From positions 1,116,001 through 1,180,000 of the forward strand of contig CP142729.1 in the NCBI GenBank assembly GCA_036630325.1: a stretch of 64,000 nucleotides of DNA. Reading direction: 5' to 3'. Position 1 is the first letter of the stretch. Each line of letters starts with the position of its first letter. A program made the position numbers and the translations under genes. The DNA is from Vairimorpha necatrix. Its lineage: Eukaryota. Shown here in pieces: positions 12,782 through 25,809 of this stretch. The notes under the pieces were generated by a model. It saw nothing but the letters and a program-made list of their open reading frames with translations, had not been told where the DNA came from and did no database searches.

Positions 12782-13357
12782 TTAAGGCTTTATTCCTTTC
12801 TTGGGCGCAAACATCATCTTTACTGCTTTTATCTTCGCCAATCCTACTAATATATACACCACTGGTATTATAAGCATAACATAAAGCCCTCTTATAATCC
12901 GCTGAGCTTCTCTAATATTATTCTCTTGTATAGTCTTAAGCCTCAAATACAAATCATAAAGTCGACTCAGTCTCCCTTCAATCTCATTAAACAGTGTCTT
13001 CAAAGCTTTGACATCTTTATCTTCATTACCAAGTACTTTATTATAAGTTGACTGTAAACTGACAAGACTGTCTTCATCTCCAAGATTGTAGATTACTAGA
13101 GTGTAAAGACCTTTATCAGTGTAAGTTTTCCTAAATTCCTTGTCTAAAATAGAGAGAGAATTTATATCATGGCCTAAAAGACGAGAGTCTTTTTTCATGT
13201 CAAATCTTATCTCATTTTTGGGATTTAGATTTGTTAAAGAGACAGTTAAATCACTGTGATCGTCTGTTAAAAGATAATCGATTTGGGTTTCTTTGTCTTT
13301 TTGGACATTTAGAAGTACTTTAGAAGAAATCGAAAATATAAAAAGAAGAAGATGCAT
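12782..13357 (-). CDS. emp24/gp25L/p24 (GOLD-domain) cargo receptor family protein
   Basis: Signal peptide, GOLD-like GLYTLVIYN, coiled-coil region, C-terminal TM segment and short basic tail. CCCCC precedes the ATG. Confidence 0.75.
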   Translation of the reverse strand: MHLLLFIFSISSKVLLNVQKDKETQIDYLLTDDHSDLTVSLTNLNPKNEIRFDMKKDSRLLGHDINSLSILDKEFRKTYTDKGLYTLVIYNLGDEDSLVSLQSTYNKVLGNEDKDVKALKTLFNEIEGRLSRLYDLYLRLKTIQENNIREAQRIIRGLYVMLIIPVVYILVGLAKIKAVKMMFAPKKGIKP

Positions 13358-15027
13358 TTTGAGGGGGAAAAATTAAAAGAAAAAAATCAACATAGAAAAG
13401 TAGCATCAGAAAAAAAACAAGTCTGGGATTAATCGGCATACAAATATGGTGTGTTTATAATTTGAAGAAACAAGACAAAGGTAAAATGATTGCTCTTCAA
13501 AACACGAGACTTAAAATGATTTTGGAAAGTAGAAATGGAAATACAAGATTTATTTACAGAAGTAGAGTTAAGTGTATGAACAAAAGGAAGCAAAGCTGCA
13601 TATCAACTTATATGTATATAATACTGAATTATTTGTGCTAAATTTAAACTTTAGATATATAAAAATGAAAACATGTTTACATAGTTTAAGCTTGTAAAAA
13701 TTGGACAATTAATCGAGATCTCTATTTAATATAGACAAGAATAATTAACATAATCATGATGAAATATAACAGTATAGAGACAAAATCAATTGATTGTATC
13801 ATAAACATACGTAAACTTTGAGCGTTAAATACACTTCATAAATCGCAAGGCAAATCTGCCTATGTAGAAAATATTAGAAATTTGACGAACTAGCTACGTG
13901 AAAGAAAGCTTATCACTGATTATAATGCGCCCTGAAAGTGATTAACATCTTTAGAGGATGTCTACATTGTATTTTGAACCCGAAAATGAATTGCAAAAAA
14001 AGAGGAGCAAATCCTGTTGGTTATGAATATAAATACATTCTTTATAAACTGGACTAAATTATTAAGCTTTTTTTTCAATATTAGAATGTATTATGTGTAC
14101 TATTGTTATATAGTGCCTTGTATTCCTTTTCTAAAAATATTTATTATTAGAAGGAGATTTATAAGCAAAAACCTTCTTCAAAATTAGACCAAACATTTCA
14201 AATAAAAAACAGGAAAAAAGAGCGAAAATATGCTTAATGTGCAAAACACTTGTGAAATTTTATTTAAAAACAGAATTTGCACATAAATTTTTTGTTTGTT
14301 CTTTTGCTATCATAAGCGCTTAGTAAGTTTCATCTCCTCTTTATAGGGTTAGAAGAAGTGAAAACCTTCCCGGTGGAGTAATTCGAACCTTTTACAACAT
14401 CCTTATAAAATTTTATTTCATGATATTGTAAAAATATTTCGTCCATCAATTAAAAAACAATACTAAATTTGCATCTAAATTTACATGTATAGGAAAATGT
14501 GATCCATTACATATTTAACATGTACGTCATCATAAATTATTGAAAATAAAAGATAAATCGCAAATTTAATCTTTTTTAGGTTGCTTAAGTTTTAAATTAT
14601 AATACAATTTAATTTAGATACTAATTAAATAATACATTACAATCGAAAGGTGGACATTTCGAATTTAAAAAATAATTCTTATGTGTGTATAATCCAATTA
14701 TAATATGCTTCTTTTTGTTTCTTAAATTCAAGAATTCCTCGACCACTCAATTTTATTTTAAACGACGACAAAATTTTTAGTGTACAAAAATGATTTTTTT
14801 ACTAATCTATATAATTTTTAATCATAAATAATTATCTTTTTGATAAATTGATTACGTGTCGTTATTTTTTTAATTATGCGTGTTGTATTTATTAGATATT
14901 TGACGAGATCTGGTAAACTATTATAGTGACATCAAATTTATAAGTCGTAGATTTTTTATTTATTTAGGAAGTAATTTATTCAATTGATTATATTTATGAT
15001 GAAGAATAACATTTTAAACGATTTAAA

Positions 15028-15551
15028 TCATATATATAAAAGAATTTTATTTAATTTTTTACCCCTCTTTTTTGTGATTTTGAAATTTCTAACGATACAT
15101 TTTGAGCCTTTTACGTTAATATAATATCATATATAGATTTAATGTTTTAATTTGATAATTGTAAGTGCATATATTATATATTAATGCATTTCCATTTTAA
15201 TTCTTTGTTTTGTAAAACTCAGTTCCAAAATATCGTCAGAATCGTTTTTTAGAATTTATTTAACCCTTCTAGGAAAAATTCACAAAAATATTAACCAATA
15301 ATGATTTTGAAGATAAGTGTCAAATTTTGAACGTAAAAACATAATAAAGTTATCAAATTAAATTTTATAGAATAATTTGATTTGAATTCTGTATTCAAGT
15401 TTTGTATTGGAAATAATTTTAATGTTGTTGAAAATTGCATTTCCCCTTTCTTTTCAAACCAAATATGGAAACTTAAAAAAAAAATTAAAGGAGGTATTAC
15501 CATAAACAAAACATTCAAATCCCGTTTTCAAAACGGGAAAGCATACGCTAG
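15028..15551 (+). mobile_element. Non-autonomous Helitron copy A
   Basis: 5' TC, 3' CTAG, subterminal palindrome tcccgtttt-c-aaaacggga (15520-15538), inserted between A and T with no TSD. Second copy at 25092-25610. Confidence 0.85.
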
Positions 15552-17025
15552 TACATAATAAAACTATATCATCAATGACATCTCCAATGAATTGCAATGG
15601 TAATTTGAACGTCTTTTACATTGAATATTCGTTGTATGTATAATATGCTAAATATTATAAGAAAGGGGTTTTATTTAAATATATCAGTCAAAAATACATA
15701 TTAAAAGCGTCTTTATATTGTTTGCAAAATTTTCATATTGTAATTCTAAATCAATTTCCCGTCATTTTATTGTTGCATTCGATAGATTTCTCGTAATAAA
15801 ACTATTTTACAATCTCTTTAATAGATTAGTTTTATATTAATTGTGTGGTCAATTTCCACTTTACATCCCTTCATATATAAATACCAATTTTTAAAAAAAT
15901 ATCCCTTTTCTGGAAAATCAAAACGTAAACAAAAAGGATGAGAGATTAAATAATTTATAAAGTAGAAAAAAATAGTTTAATAAGTTCTAATTTGACCATA
16001 TTATATGTAAAACATAATAAAAAATTAAAATGATGATTATTTTGTTTAAATTAGTAATACTAGATGTCTAAATGCATATTTTACCTTGGGGAGGTATGGC
16101 AAGCTGCGGATGCCGTAACATTTACGTTGAACTAGTTAGATTCAAAACTGAAAAGTGGGTCAGACGTGTATTCTCTTAGAAATATGCTGAACGCAGGTCA
16201 CAGACAGTAATTTTTGTGGTTCTAATCCTAATGGATACTTATTCTCCTACAAGCAAAGCCTTTATGGTATGATGATGCGTATCACAAGTTATTGGCTGTT
16301 AAAGTTTTTATTTGTTAGGCGGTTATTCTTTAATAACAATATTAGTTTTTTAGTTTTTTCTGTCTAAATGCATAAAAATATTTTTATTTTCTTATGTCAT
16401 TATAATTATATTCTAATGCCAATAATGATATTTTCTTTATTTTTATATTTTATAAAAACAGATTTTAGGTTTGGTTTTATTATTTTTTTTACTATCTATA
16501 AAAAATTAGATATTTGGAGAAATATTTGTTTTTATAGACGATGAAGAAGTTAAATTCATATTTGTGTTCTTTAAATTATTCGTATGTATTTTATATCAAC
16601 GAAAGGTGAAACTTAAAAATTTGCCCACTATATGAATAATTTCATTTTTTAATATTGATATATGTTTTTATTTATAGCATTATAATCACGCATGTTAAAT
16701 CTTTTATCTATATTCAGTATAATTACAGCTCCTTATACAATAAATGTATAAAAAGCACGGATTTAATCGAGTAGATAGTAGATTTAAGAAATAATAAAAC
16801 AGAATTTATTTATTTTGGTTAATGTTGTTTTATCATTTTTTTTAGATTCTTCTTCTTCTAGTTCTAATCGCTTTGAATTTTAAAAATCGGGGGATGTTAG
16901 GTTTAAAAATTTTTATTTATATATGTTTAGGTGTAAAGTCGAAATTCTCCAATTGTGTATCGTTTCTTTTGTTAACGCTTTGTCTTGTCTCTTATTATCC
17001 TCTTTTTTATACTTTTCTCTAATGG

Positions 17026-17187
17026 AAATTCAATTTTTATCAGTACTTTTTTAAAAATTCAATTTTTAATCAGTATTTTTTTGAAAATTAATTTTTAATC
17101 AGTACTTTTTTGAAAATTAATTTTTAATTAATACTTTTATAAAAATTCAATTTTTAATCAATATTTTTTTAAAAAATTCAAATTTTT
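17026..17187. repeat. ~30-bp AT-rich tandem repeat, about 5 copies (aaaattcaatttttaatcagtactttttt)
   Basis: Directly visible degenerate tandem units. Confidence 0.8.
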
Positions 17188-17744
17188 AAGGCAATAAGCA
17201 AATTTACATGTTGTAGAAGTATTTATATAACAATTATACATAAAATTTATAATAAATTATGGCAGCTCATTTCGATTTCTACAAAAAAAAAAATAAATAC
17301 ATCTCTTAGAATCGTGAGATATTTGAAAATACAACTTATTATTTTATTTTTTTTACAATATTTTTTAATTAAATTTTCATTAAAATGCAAATTTTTAAAC
17401 CCTAATTATGAGTTCGATACTTTATTATTTGCAAGTACTGTCATTTTTGCTTACTACAATAAAAGCGAGTGATGAAAATTTCTCGATGGATAAAGAAAAC
17501 AATCATAATATACCAAAAAACATCATACAAATTTTGAAAATTAATTTCAGGAGATCCCACTAGACTGTGTTTTTGAATTTGGTAATATGTTATTAGAATA
17601 TTTAAACGAACATGTAAGACCTAAAGAAATCCTAAATCAATTATATGTGGTTACATTGTCAGAAGAAGAAAGACAGCTAATGGAAAGAAACTCATATTAT
17701 AAAAATTGCAAATATTTAGGAACCGAAAAAAATAGAATGGTATG

Positions 17745-20700
17745 TGTCGTAGCCGATCAAATGCTGACCAATCATATTCTTACAAATGGACTGATTTGAT
17801 TGGCTACAAAAAGTATTTAAAAACATTTCCGAAAGAGGGGATGGAAAATCCAAATAAAACATTTGACATGGCGACAACGACAAACAATGTCGGATGCTTC
17901 ACAGGAGAAGCAGGTGAGGATGTAAATGTCTGGCTGAGAGACATAATGTTGGTAGGGGAAGTTTCGAAATGGACCAATGATCAATTCAAAACGGCATTGG
18001 TGAGCAAGCTCAGGGGGAAAGCATTATCATGGGCTTCCCAGACATTAGGCGGGAAAATGGAGACAGTCAGCTTAGAGGAAATACTTCATTTAATAAAGAA
18101 AAGATTTGGATCGTATAAGAACAACGATATAACACTAAGCAGGTTCCTCTCAATAATGGTCCCGGAAACGAGAGAAGATTACTCGCAGATGCTACAGGAA
18201 GCTACTGTAATATATGAGAGATCTCTTATAAATTTGGACGCTTTGTGCCAAATGGTAATTAATAAATCACCAATGGAGATAAAAGCTCTGTATACCAGAC
18301 CGCAACTATGGTCCAGACGTGGCAAGGATTTATACAAAAGGCGGAGGAGATATCGTGGATTTTATATCCCGATAAGATGTTAGCTAGGACTAAGCTACAC
18401 GACAACGCGGGCAGAGGGCCCCACACTAATTTTTACAAAGAAAAAGGATTTAAAAGAAACATAACCCATGAAAAACTACCGCGGCATACTAATAAACGGT
18501 GCACACTCCACGGGGAATGTAACCATTCCACAAGAGACTGCAAAGCACTTACCATAATACTCAATAGAGAAAGAAACAACTTGAAGAGAAAAAATATAAA
18601 TGCCGTTGAAGAATACGAAAGTGACGAGAAAGATCATGACAATAAAGAAATTGAATTCTATTTACATCATATACAAAATAGTTTTAACCCATTTTTTGTG
18701 GAAAGCCGTCTCTTTAATAAAAATACGAAAGTACTACTAGACACTGGGGCCGATGTTTCGGTCATAAATTACAATGATATTCCACAAGAAGAACGTAATA
18801 AGATTATTAGATATAATGGCGTAGTAAAAGGTATAGGAAATGAAATATTAAAAATAGAAGGCTATTTAAAAGACTGTATAATCGAAATCAATGGAAAAGG
18901 TGTGATCTTCTCACCCTTAATAATCAAAGACATAAAATATGTTATAATAGGAGCAAATGTAATATGCGACAATAAAAAACTGATTTTAGATATTCTAAAT
19001 GCACCAAAATATAGAATCAACCAAATGTCGAATTCCGCATGTGATTTAGAAGAGAACAAAATTTTGAAAGAGTACGAGGACGTCTTCAAAACAGAAATAA
19101 GCGACTATAACCTCTGCACTGCAGGTAGTCATCGTATACAGACGAACAGTACGAAGATAATTTGCCAAAGGAACGGAAGAATACCAGTATCACAAGAAGA
19201 AGCCGTAAATGAAGAAATCAACAAACTCCTAGAATTTGGAATTTTAAGGGAAAGCAGAAGTCCCTGGTGTAGCAGAATACTGATGGTACCGAAGCCTGAC
19301 AAAACATGGAGAATGTGCGTAGACTATAGAGGTCTGAATAGCATAACAGTAAAGGACGCATACATGACACCTAGAATCGACGAGATTTTTGACAGTCTAT
19401 CAACTGCAACTATTTTTACAATACTGGACGCGACTAGTGGATTCCATCAAATTCCTTTACAAGAAGAAGACAAGGAAAAGACAGCATTTTCGTATAGGGG
19501 GAAATTATACGAATTTAATCGTATGCCGTTCGGACTATGTAACGCCCCAGCAACATTTCAAAGGGCAATGGACAATATATTCAGGAAAGAAAACCATAAT
19601 TTTGTGATCCCATACTTAGACGATATTATAATATATTCAAGGAACAAGGAAGAACATAAGAAACATGTGAGAATAGTATTGGGAAAAATAAGAGCGGCAA
19701 ATCTATCGCTTAATAAGAAAAAGTGTAAATTCTTTAGATCGGAAATAAAGATCTTGGGGAACGTCATTGGAAACGGAATCATAAAGGTAGACGAAACGCG
19801 CATTAAGGATATACAAGCGTACCCAATTCCTACCACCATAAAGGAATTAAGGAGTTTTCTAGGAATGGCCAACTATTGCAGGGATTTTGTGACAAAGATG
19901 GCAGAAATTACGGGACCCTTGTATGATGTACTTAAGGGCGAAAAACAGACATCTGGTAAAAAAAATTAAACTTACTGACAAACAGCTGGATACGTTTAAA
20001 ACCGTTAAAAAAGTACTAAGCCAAAATACAATACGTACACAGCCAAATTTTAAAGCTCCATTCATTCTGGTTACTGACGCATCTGAAACGGGAATAGGAG
20101 CAGTGCTGCTGCAAAAGAACAAAACTGGAGCTGAAAAAATGATAGCCGCCTTTAGCAAAAGACTAGATAATTGTCAGAAGAATTATTCAGTTACCGATAA
20201 AGAACTTCTTGGCTTGGTTAAAGGAATAGAACATTTTAGACATTACCTTTTGGGAAGCAAATTTACGCTCAGAACAGACCACAAAGCCTTAATCTATCTA
20301 TGGACAGTGAAGGATCCAACTAGTAGGATTCTCAGATGGGCACTCAAATTGGCGGAATACGACTTCGAATTGGAGTATATAAAAGGAGAGCATAACATTG
20401 CTGATGGCTTTAGTAGATTTCACCAAGAGTGTGAAACATGTAACATTGATTTACATCAGTTATCGAATAATAATATCAACGACATACTAGAGGAGTACCA
20501 TAAAATATCAGGGCATGGGACATCAAATACCATGAAATTTATGATTTCACAGGCACATAAGTGGAAAACAATGCACCAAGACATTTCGAAATTCGTAAGC
20601 AATTGCAAAACATGTCTTCGTTCGGGATATCAACGCGTGAAGACAAAGAACAAAGTAATACTTTCAGAAAGACCCAATCAGCTGTGGGAATTTGATCTGC

Positions 20701-21599
20701 TTGGAAAACTTTCGGACAACAGCGGAAGCGGATACATATTTGTAGCGATCGATCACTACTCTAAATGGATAGAAACCAAGATCTTACGAAGCAAAAAGAG
20801 CTGTGAAATATATAAGGCGATCGAAGAATTAATCATTAGTAAGCATGGGATACCCGAAAGAATCTTGACAGACAACGGCTTAGAGTTTGACAACAGCGTG
20901 GTACAAGCATTAGGTTCAAAGTATAATATATCATGGGAATTTTGTTCGCCATACCATCACCAGACTACAGGCGCGGTTGAGAGGGTCATACAAACATTGA
21001 CGAACAAAATTAGAAAATTAGCAAACTATGGCGAAATTGGCTGGAGGAAAGTTGTCAAAGAAGCTACATTGGCAGTAAATCTATCGTTTAACCGATCAAT
21101 AGGAACATCGCCGTACATTCTAAAATACGGTCAGCAAATAACAACAGCCATAGATGAGAGAATAGGAGTTACCCCTAAGACCTATACGAAGCAAGAACTT
21201 TTACGGAAGAGGGACTTAAACTTTAAAAAATACAGCAAATACATCGTTAAAGGGAAAAAAGATATAAAGCAAAAGTTTAAAATAGGAGAAGATGTTTTAG
21301 TTTACAGAGATTACCCAGGAAGTGGAAAGTTAGAAGCTAAATGGTCACCTGGTTATATTATTGTCAAAATTTTAAGTGAAGACGCATTTCTGGTAAAAAG
21401 GAAAAATTCAGCAGGCGAATTGAGAGTTAACATAAGTCATATTAAGAAGGACACGTCGAAGACTGATTGAGGGGGTGTCGTAGCCGATCAAATGCTGACC
21501 AATCATATTCTTACAAATGGACAGATTTGATTGGCTACAAAAAGTATTTAAAAACATTTCCGAAAGAGGGGATGGAAAATCCAAATAAAACATTTGACA
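17745..21599 (+). mobile_element. Full-length Ty3/gypsy LTR retrotransposon, element 1
   Basis: 124-bp TG...CA LTRs (17745-17868 and 21476-21599, one mismatch), 5-bp TSD gtatg, PBS TGGCG, PPT gaggggg, and gag-PR-RT-RH-IN domain order. Confidence 0.97.
17868..21470 (+). CDS. Gag-Pol polyprotein of element 1, with frameshifts near 18290 and 19960
   Basis: Gag FTGEAGEDVNVWL; CxxHxxxxHxxxxC knuckle variant (CTLHGECNHSTRDC); protease LLDTGAD; RT MCVDYRGLN and YLDD; RNase H TDAS/TDHKAL; integrase HH-CC with DLLG/TDNG/VER. Confidence 0.92.
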
Positions 21600-22367
21600 G
21601 TATGTACCGAAGAAACCTTCCAAGGAAATCATGTTGCTCTTATTTTTTGCAAGTCTACTAATGTTACTGATAGTTTAGTTTCGATGAATTACTGCTTCAA
21701 AGATATGATTTACAACAACGCGTATGTACACGAACTTTTTAAAAATTATTCGAGTGAAGATATAGCTATAAAAGACGATGCACGTCGAAAGCTCCAAAAG
21801 CATGCAAAAGATCTAGGGGAATGTCTTCTATCCCGATATAAAAGTATTGTATCTGATGACTTGAAAGTGGACGCTGTAAGCTGTTATAAAAATGCAATAG
21901 ATTATGATGCAAGTGTTATGAAGAATGGGTCAGACAATGAAAAGATAGATCTCATATTTCAAAATAGAGATACTAAATCAGAAATCAATTATCCTTCATC
22001 AACTGAAAAATATACTTGGGTTTCGAACTTTTCTATTAATAATACAAAATGGATGTTTGCTGGTCTTGTTTTCTTTATATTTTTAGCTGTTTTCTTTTAT
22101 TACTTTATTAAAAAAATGACGAAAAAATCCCAAGTTAAAAATTTTAGTAATAAATTTCATAATAGTAAAACGAAAAAATCAGAAAATTTAACTGAGATTT
22201 TACTGAAGAAGGAGAATAAACATTAATTTTTACTATTCATTTTTTTTTATTGTTTGATCTATAAAAACGAAAATTACAAATTTTGATACTATAATTGTAT
22301 GTCGAAAAATAAAACAAAAAAAAATCAAAAAGCTTAATTATTTAAATCTGTTTTTTGCTTTAAAATT

Positions 22368-23116
22368 TGTTAAAGATAATTGTAAGTAAAGGGTTACATT
22401 TATCAAATATATATTCTCAACATTGCCGCGCTAAATAAAGAATTGGGCGATGAAATTATCTTTACAACTTCCTACGCCTACTACTTGGCTTACAAAAGAA
22501 AAGTGAATTTTTATAATATTTGACCATAGGTTGCGCTTCACTCTATCGCGTCTTACAATCCCTTCTATTACTGGTCTTGCGGTACTTTCTTTCCCTGTTA
22601 TAATACATAAAGTCTATGGGCATATGATTATTTTTTACACATGTCTTCCCAACAATGAAATCGAATTTTTTCCGCCTATCTCATTCTTCGACTACAACAC
22701 AGTTTTTTTTTGATTTTCTTCTCTTTTTAAATCTCTCTGGATTTTTAAACAGTGGTGGTTGTGCTGTCTTGCTACGATAGCTTTAATATGAATAGAGGGA
22801 TTACCACTACACTCAATCTCGACAACTCTTATGCCAGATCTTATTACAGTCAATACTGTTTTCCATAGCTCTTCATAGCTACTTTATGTCTTCACCTATC
22901 CAGGTCCCTCGACTGATGCAAGCCATCACCTTCTCTTCTGTTAGACAACCAACCATCCCCATTCTAACCTAAACTGCATTTTTTTTACGTCTAATGCCTC
23001 GACGGAACTTACAACCTCTTCTTTTGTTTTTGTTTGGATTCAATAATTTTATTCTCTACCATGTTAAAGATAATTGTAAGTTAAGAGTTAAATTTATTAA
23101 ATATATATTCTCAGCA
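22368..23116 (-). mobile_element. 749-bp non-autonomous LTR element (TRIM-like, decayed gag only), element 3
   Basis: 55-bp TG...CA direct repeats (22368-22422 and 23062-23116), 5-bp TSD aaatt, TGG directly after the 5' LTR. Internal VKKMQFRLEW resembles element 2 Gag IKRIVYKLEL. Confidence 0.85.
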
Positions 23117-25091
23117 AAATTCATTAATACAGGCTTTTAAAATTTATTTCAATGCAATCAATTTAATTTCTAAAAATTTTAAAAATGTTAATTCAATATT
23201 TTCGATAATTCAAAAATGTTATAATTGTTTATATATTATAGCTGTAAGAAAAAATACATAGAGACTCGAATAAATTTAAAAATAAATTTAATGTAAAAAA
23301 TTATATATTAATATATGTCTGTACCATACAACCCATCTATTACGTTCGAAAAAAAACAAATCATTTAGATTGAAGACTGATCATTATTGCAATCGAAAGG
23401 AAACAATAGAGATTGTTTTAAAGCTATTTTTAATAGCTTGAAATACTATTAAGACGTCAAGTATTCAATAAAAATTATGTTATGATTATTATGGTTTAAT
23501 ATTAATACATTTAAATTTTTTCTAGAAATGTGTACCATATTCTAAATAAAGCACGATAAAAAATTTATCTTTTTTTTGTAATTCGTAATTTAGGCATGTA
23601 TGTTTTTTAGAATTTTCTGTGTGTCCAAAAGGAATTGGTCGTTATATTTCCCCCGGTCTTAAAATTATGAATACTTTTATACCATTATATTGTCCGTGTA
23701 AATGTTTTCATTATACCTCGTACACACATTATTATACTAAAACGTATCTTTTTAAAGCTTTAATTTTTTTTATTAGATTAAAAAGTAATTATAAGTGGAT
23801 CTCATAATTGTGTAATTAATACATAGTTAATTACAAAAGCCAAATTAGTTACAGACAAGCCTCATTTTTCATATTGTAAAAATACGCGGAATCGTCCCAA
23901 ATGATAAAAAGTGAAAATAATATACGTCTATGTGATTCATGAAATTTGTTGCGTTTTGTCCGAGAAGATTTATATCTGATATAGTTTGTAAACTGTATTT
24001 ATAAAACATGTTTTTTTTCACATTATTGTTATAATTAGTGTCCAGAAAATAACGTAAACAAAAAACGAATAATGAGAGAGGAACTTAAATGGATAGATGG
24101 AACAAAAAATAAGCCAAAAACAATTTATGCGACTGTTGGATGATAATAAAATTATAGAATACTCATTATAATTAAATTATTATACGGCCTATCGTTTTTT
24201 TTTGATATATTTTTATGTTTCTTCCAGTTTGATATTCTGTATCATCTTCTATAACAAAATCAGAAGATGAGATTAATGCATATAAAATAGAAATATGAAA
24301 TCTTTAAGTAATCTAAAACTTCTTGGTGATCTTTCTCTGAAGTTTTACAAGTTAAATGCTATAGAAGGGCACATGCTTACCAGGAAGTGGTTTTCATAGG
24401 TCCCACATCTAGAAACGCACATAAGGTCAATGATATGGATTTGCTAAGATGTTCTATGGTGTACAAAAACACCAATTTAGCATGAAAGAACGAATTTGTT
24501 TCCTCTTCTTCGATGAATACTTTAGGCAAAAAAGACATACGGAGTAGAATGATGTCTGTTAACACAATACTACAAGGACATGTGTTATTTGAAAGCAACT
24601 TGCGATAAGAAGGAAGGTAAGTAGCAAATAAAATACAGGCCTAGCAAGCGAGACTGTAAAAATGTATTTAAATCACCTAATAACAGTGAGACGCTCATTG
24701 ACAAAAATGTTCCCAATGAGCGCATTGTGATTGTAATTTGATATCAGTTGTGAATCTTCTTATATAGAGAGTTGAAATGTTTTTGAATTTTTTTTGCTTT
24801 GGCAAAAGTACTATATACCTGTCCAAATTTCTGCACGTGCAAGTTTAATGTAAAACATCACTGAGAAAATTTCAAACGAAAAATATGATGTAATCATACT
24901 ATAAATTTTTCAGCTGCGCTCTGTGGATTCTGTTTTACTCTTACCTTCAAGAAGAAAATCAGAATTCTTAAGTATTTTGGAATAGTAAAACTTGTAAGAA
25001 CCAAATCTTCATAATAAAAATTCATTATTATATACATTCTATTTCTATAATTTTTTATATGCTAGATATATATATATCATATCATCATCAT

Positions 25092-25610
25092 TCATATATA
25101 TAAAAGAATTTTATTTAATTTTTTACCCCTCTTTTTTGTGACTTTGAAATTTCTAAATGATACATTTTGCCCCTTTTACGTTAAAATAATATCAAATATA
25201 GATTAGATGTTTTAATTTGATAATTATAAGTGCGTATACTATATGTTAATACTTTTTTATTCTATTTATTATTTTTTGAAAACTCAGTTCCAAAATATCA
25301 TCAGAATCGTTTTTTAGAATTTATTTAACCCTTCTACGAAAAATTGTAAAAATATTTAACCAATAATTATTATGAATGTAAGTGTCAAAATTTGAACTTA
25401 GAACTTCCCAAAATTATCTCATTGAGATTATTAAATGTTTTAAAACAACATTACTTCTTATATGTTGCTAAAAAGTATTTTTAAAAATCATGTCTAATCT
25501 GTCAAATTCAATCATCCTTAAATGGAAACTGTACAAAATTTAAGGATGAAAGACATATTATCAAACTAAATATTTAAATCCCGTTTTCAAAACGGGAAAG
25601 CATACGCTAG
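25092..25610 (+). mobile_element. Non-autonomous Helitron copy B
   Basis: Same 5' TCATATATATAAAAGAATTTT start and 3' hairpin plus CTAG as copy A. Flanked by (tca)n/(ta)n microsatellites; the middle part has diverged. Confidence 0.85.
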
Positions 25611-25809
25611 TATATATATATATATATATAGTTTCTATAAAATTCACCGAAAAACAATTCACAGAAAAATAAAATTTTTTTTTTGAGAGGATATTCATTA
25701 TTAAAAATTCAATTGCTATATTATACAATATATATGATTCATACATATTAAAGTTTTTATTATATTTATATATTTTAAATACCTAATGAATAACACACAT
25801 TTTTATTTT

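Larger units (their letters stand above)
17408..22226 (+). pseudogene. Type I membrane-protein gene interrupted by an LTR retrotransposon (segments ~17408-17744 and 21605-22226)
   Basis: Removing the element and one TSD copy joins ...EKNRMVC to TEETFQGNH... in frame. CCC-ATG and a hydrophobic N-terminus at 17408; C-terminal TM WMFAGLVFFIFLAVFFYYFI followed by a basic tail. The 5' part has further frame disruptions. Confidence 0.75.

Noticed and set aside
17740-17868. Solo-LTR recombination restoring the host gene (124+5 = 129 bp, a multiple of 3)
   Set aside because: The host frame meets a TGA at 17797-17799 inside the LTR.
21467-21661. 64-aa ORF identical to the start of the 17742 ORF
   Set aside because: It is only translation of the LTR, not a separate gene.
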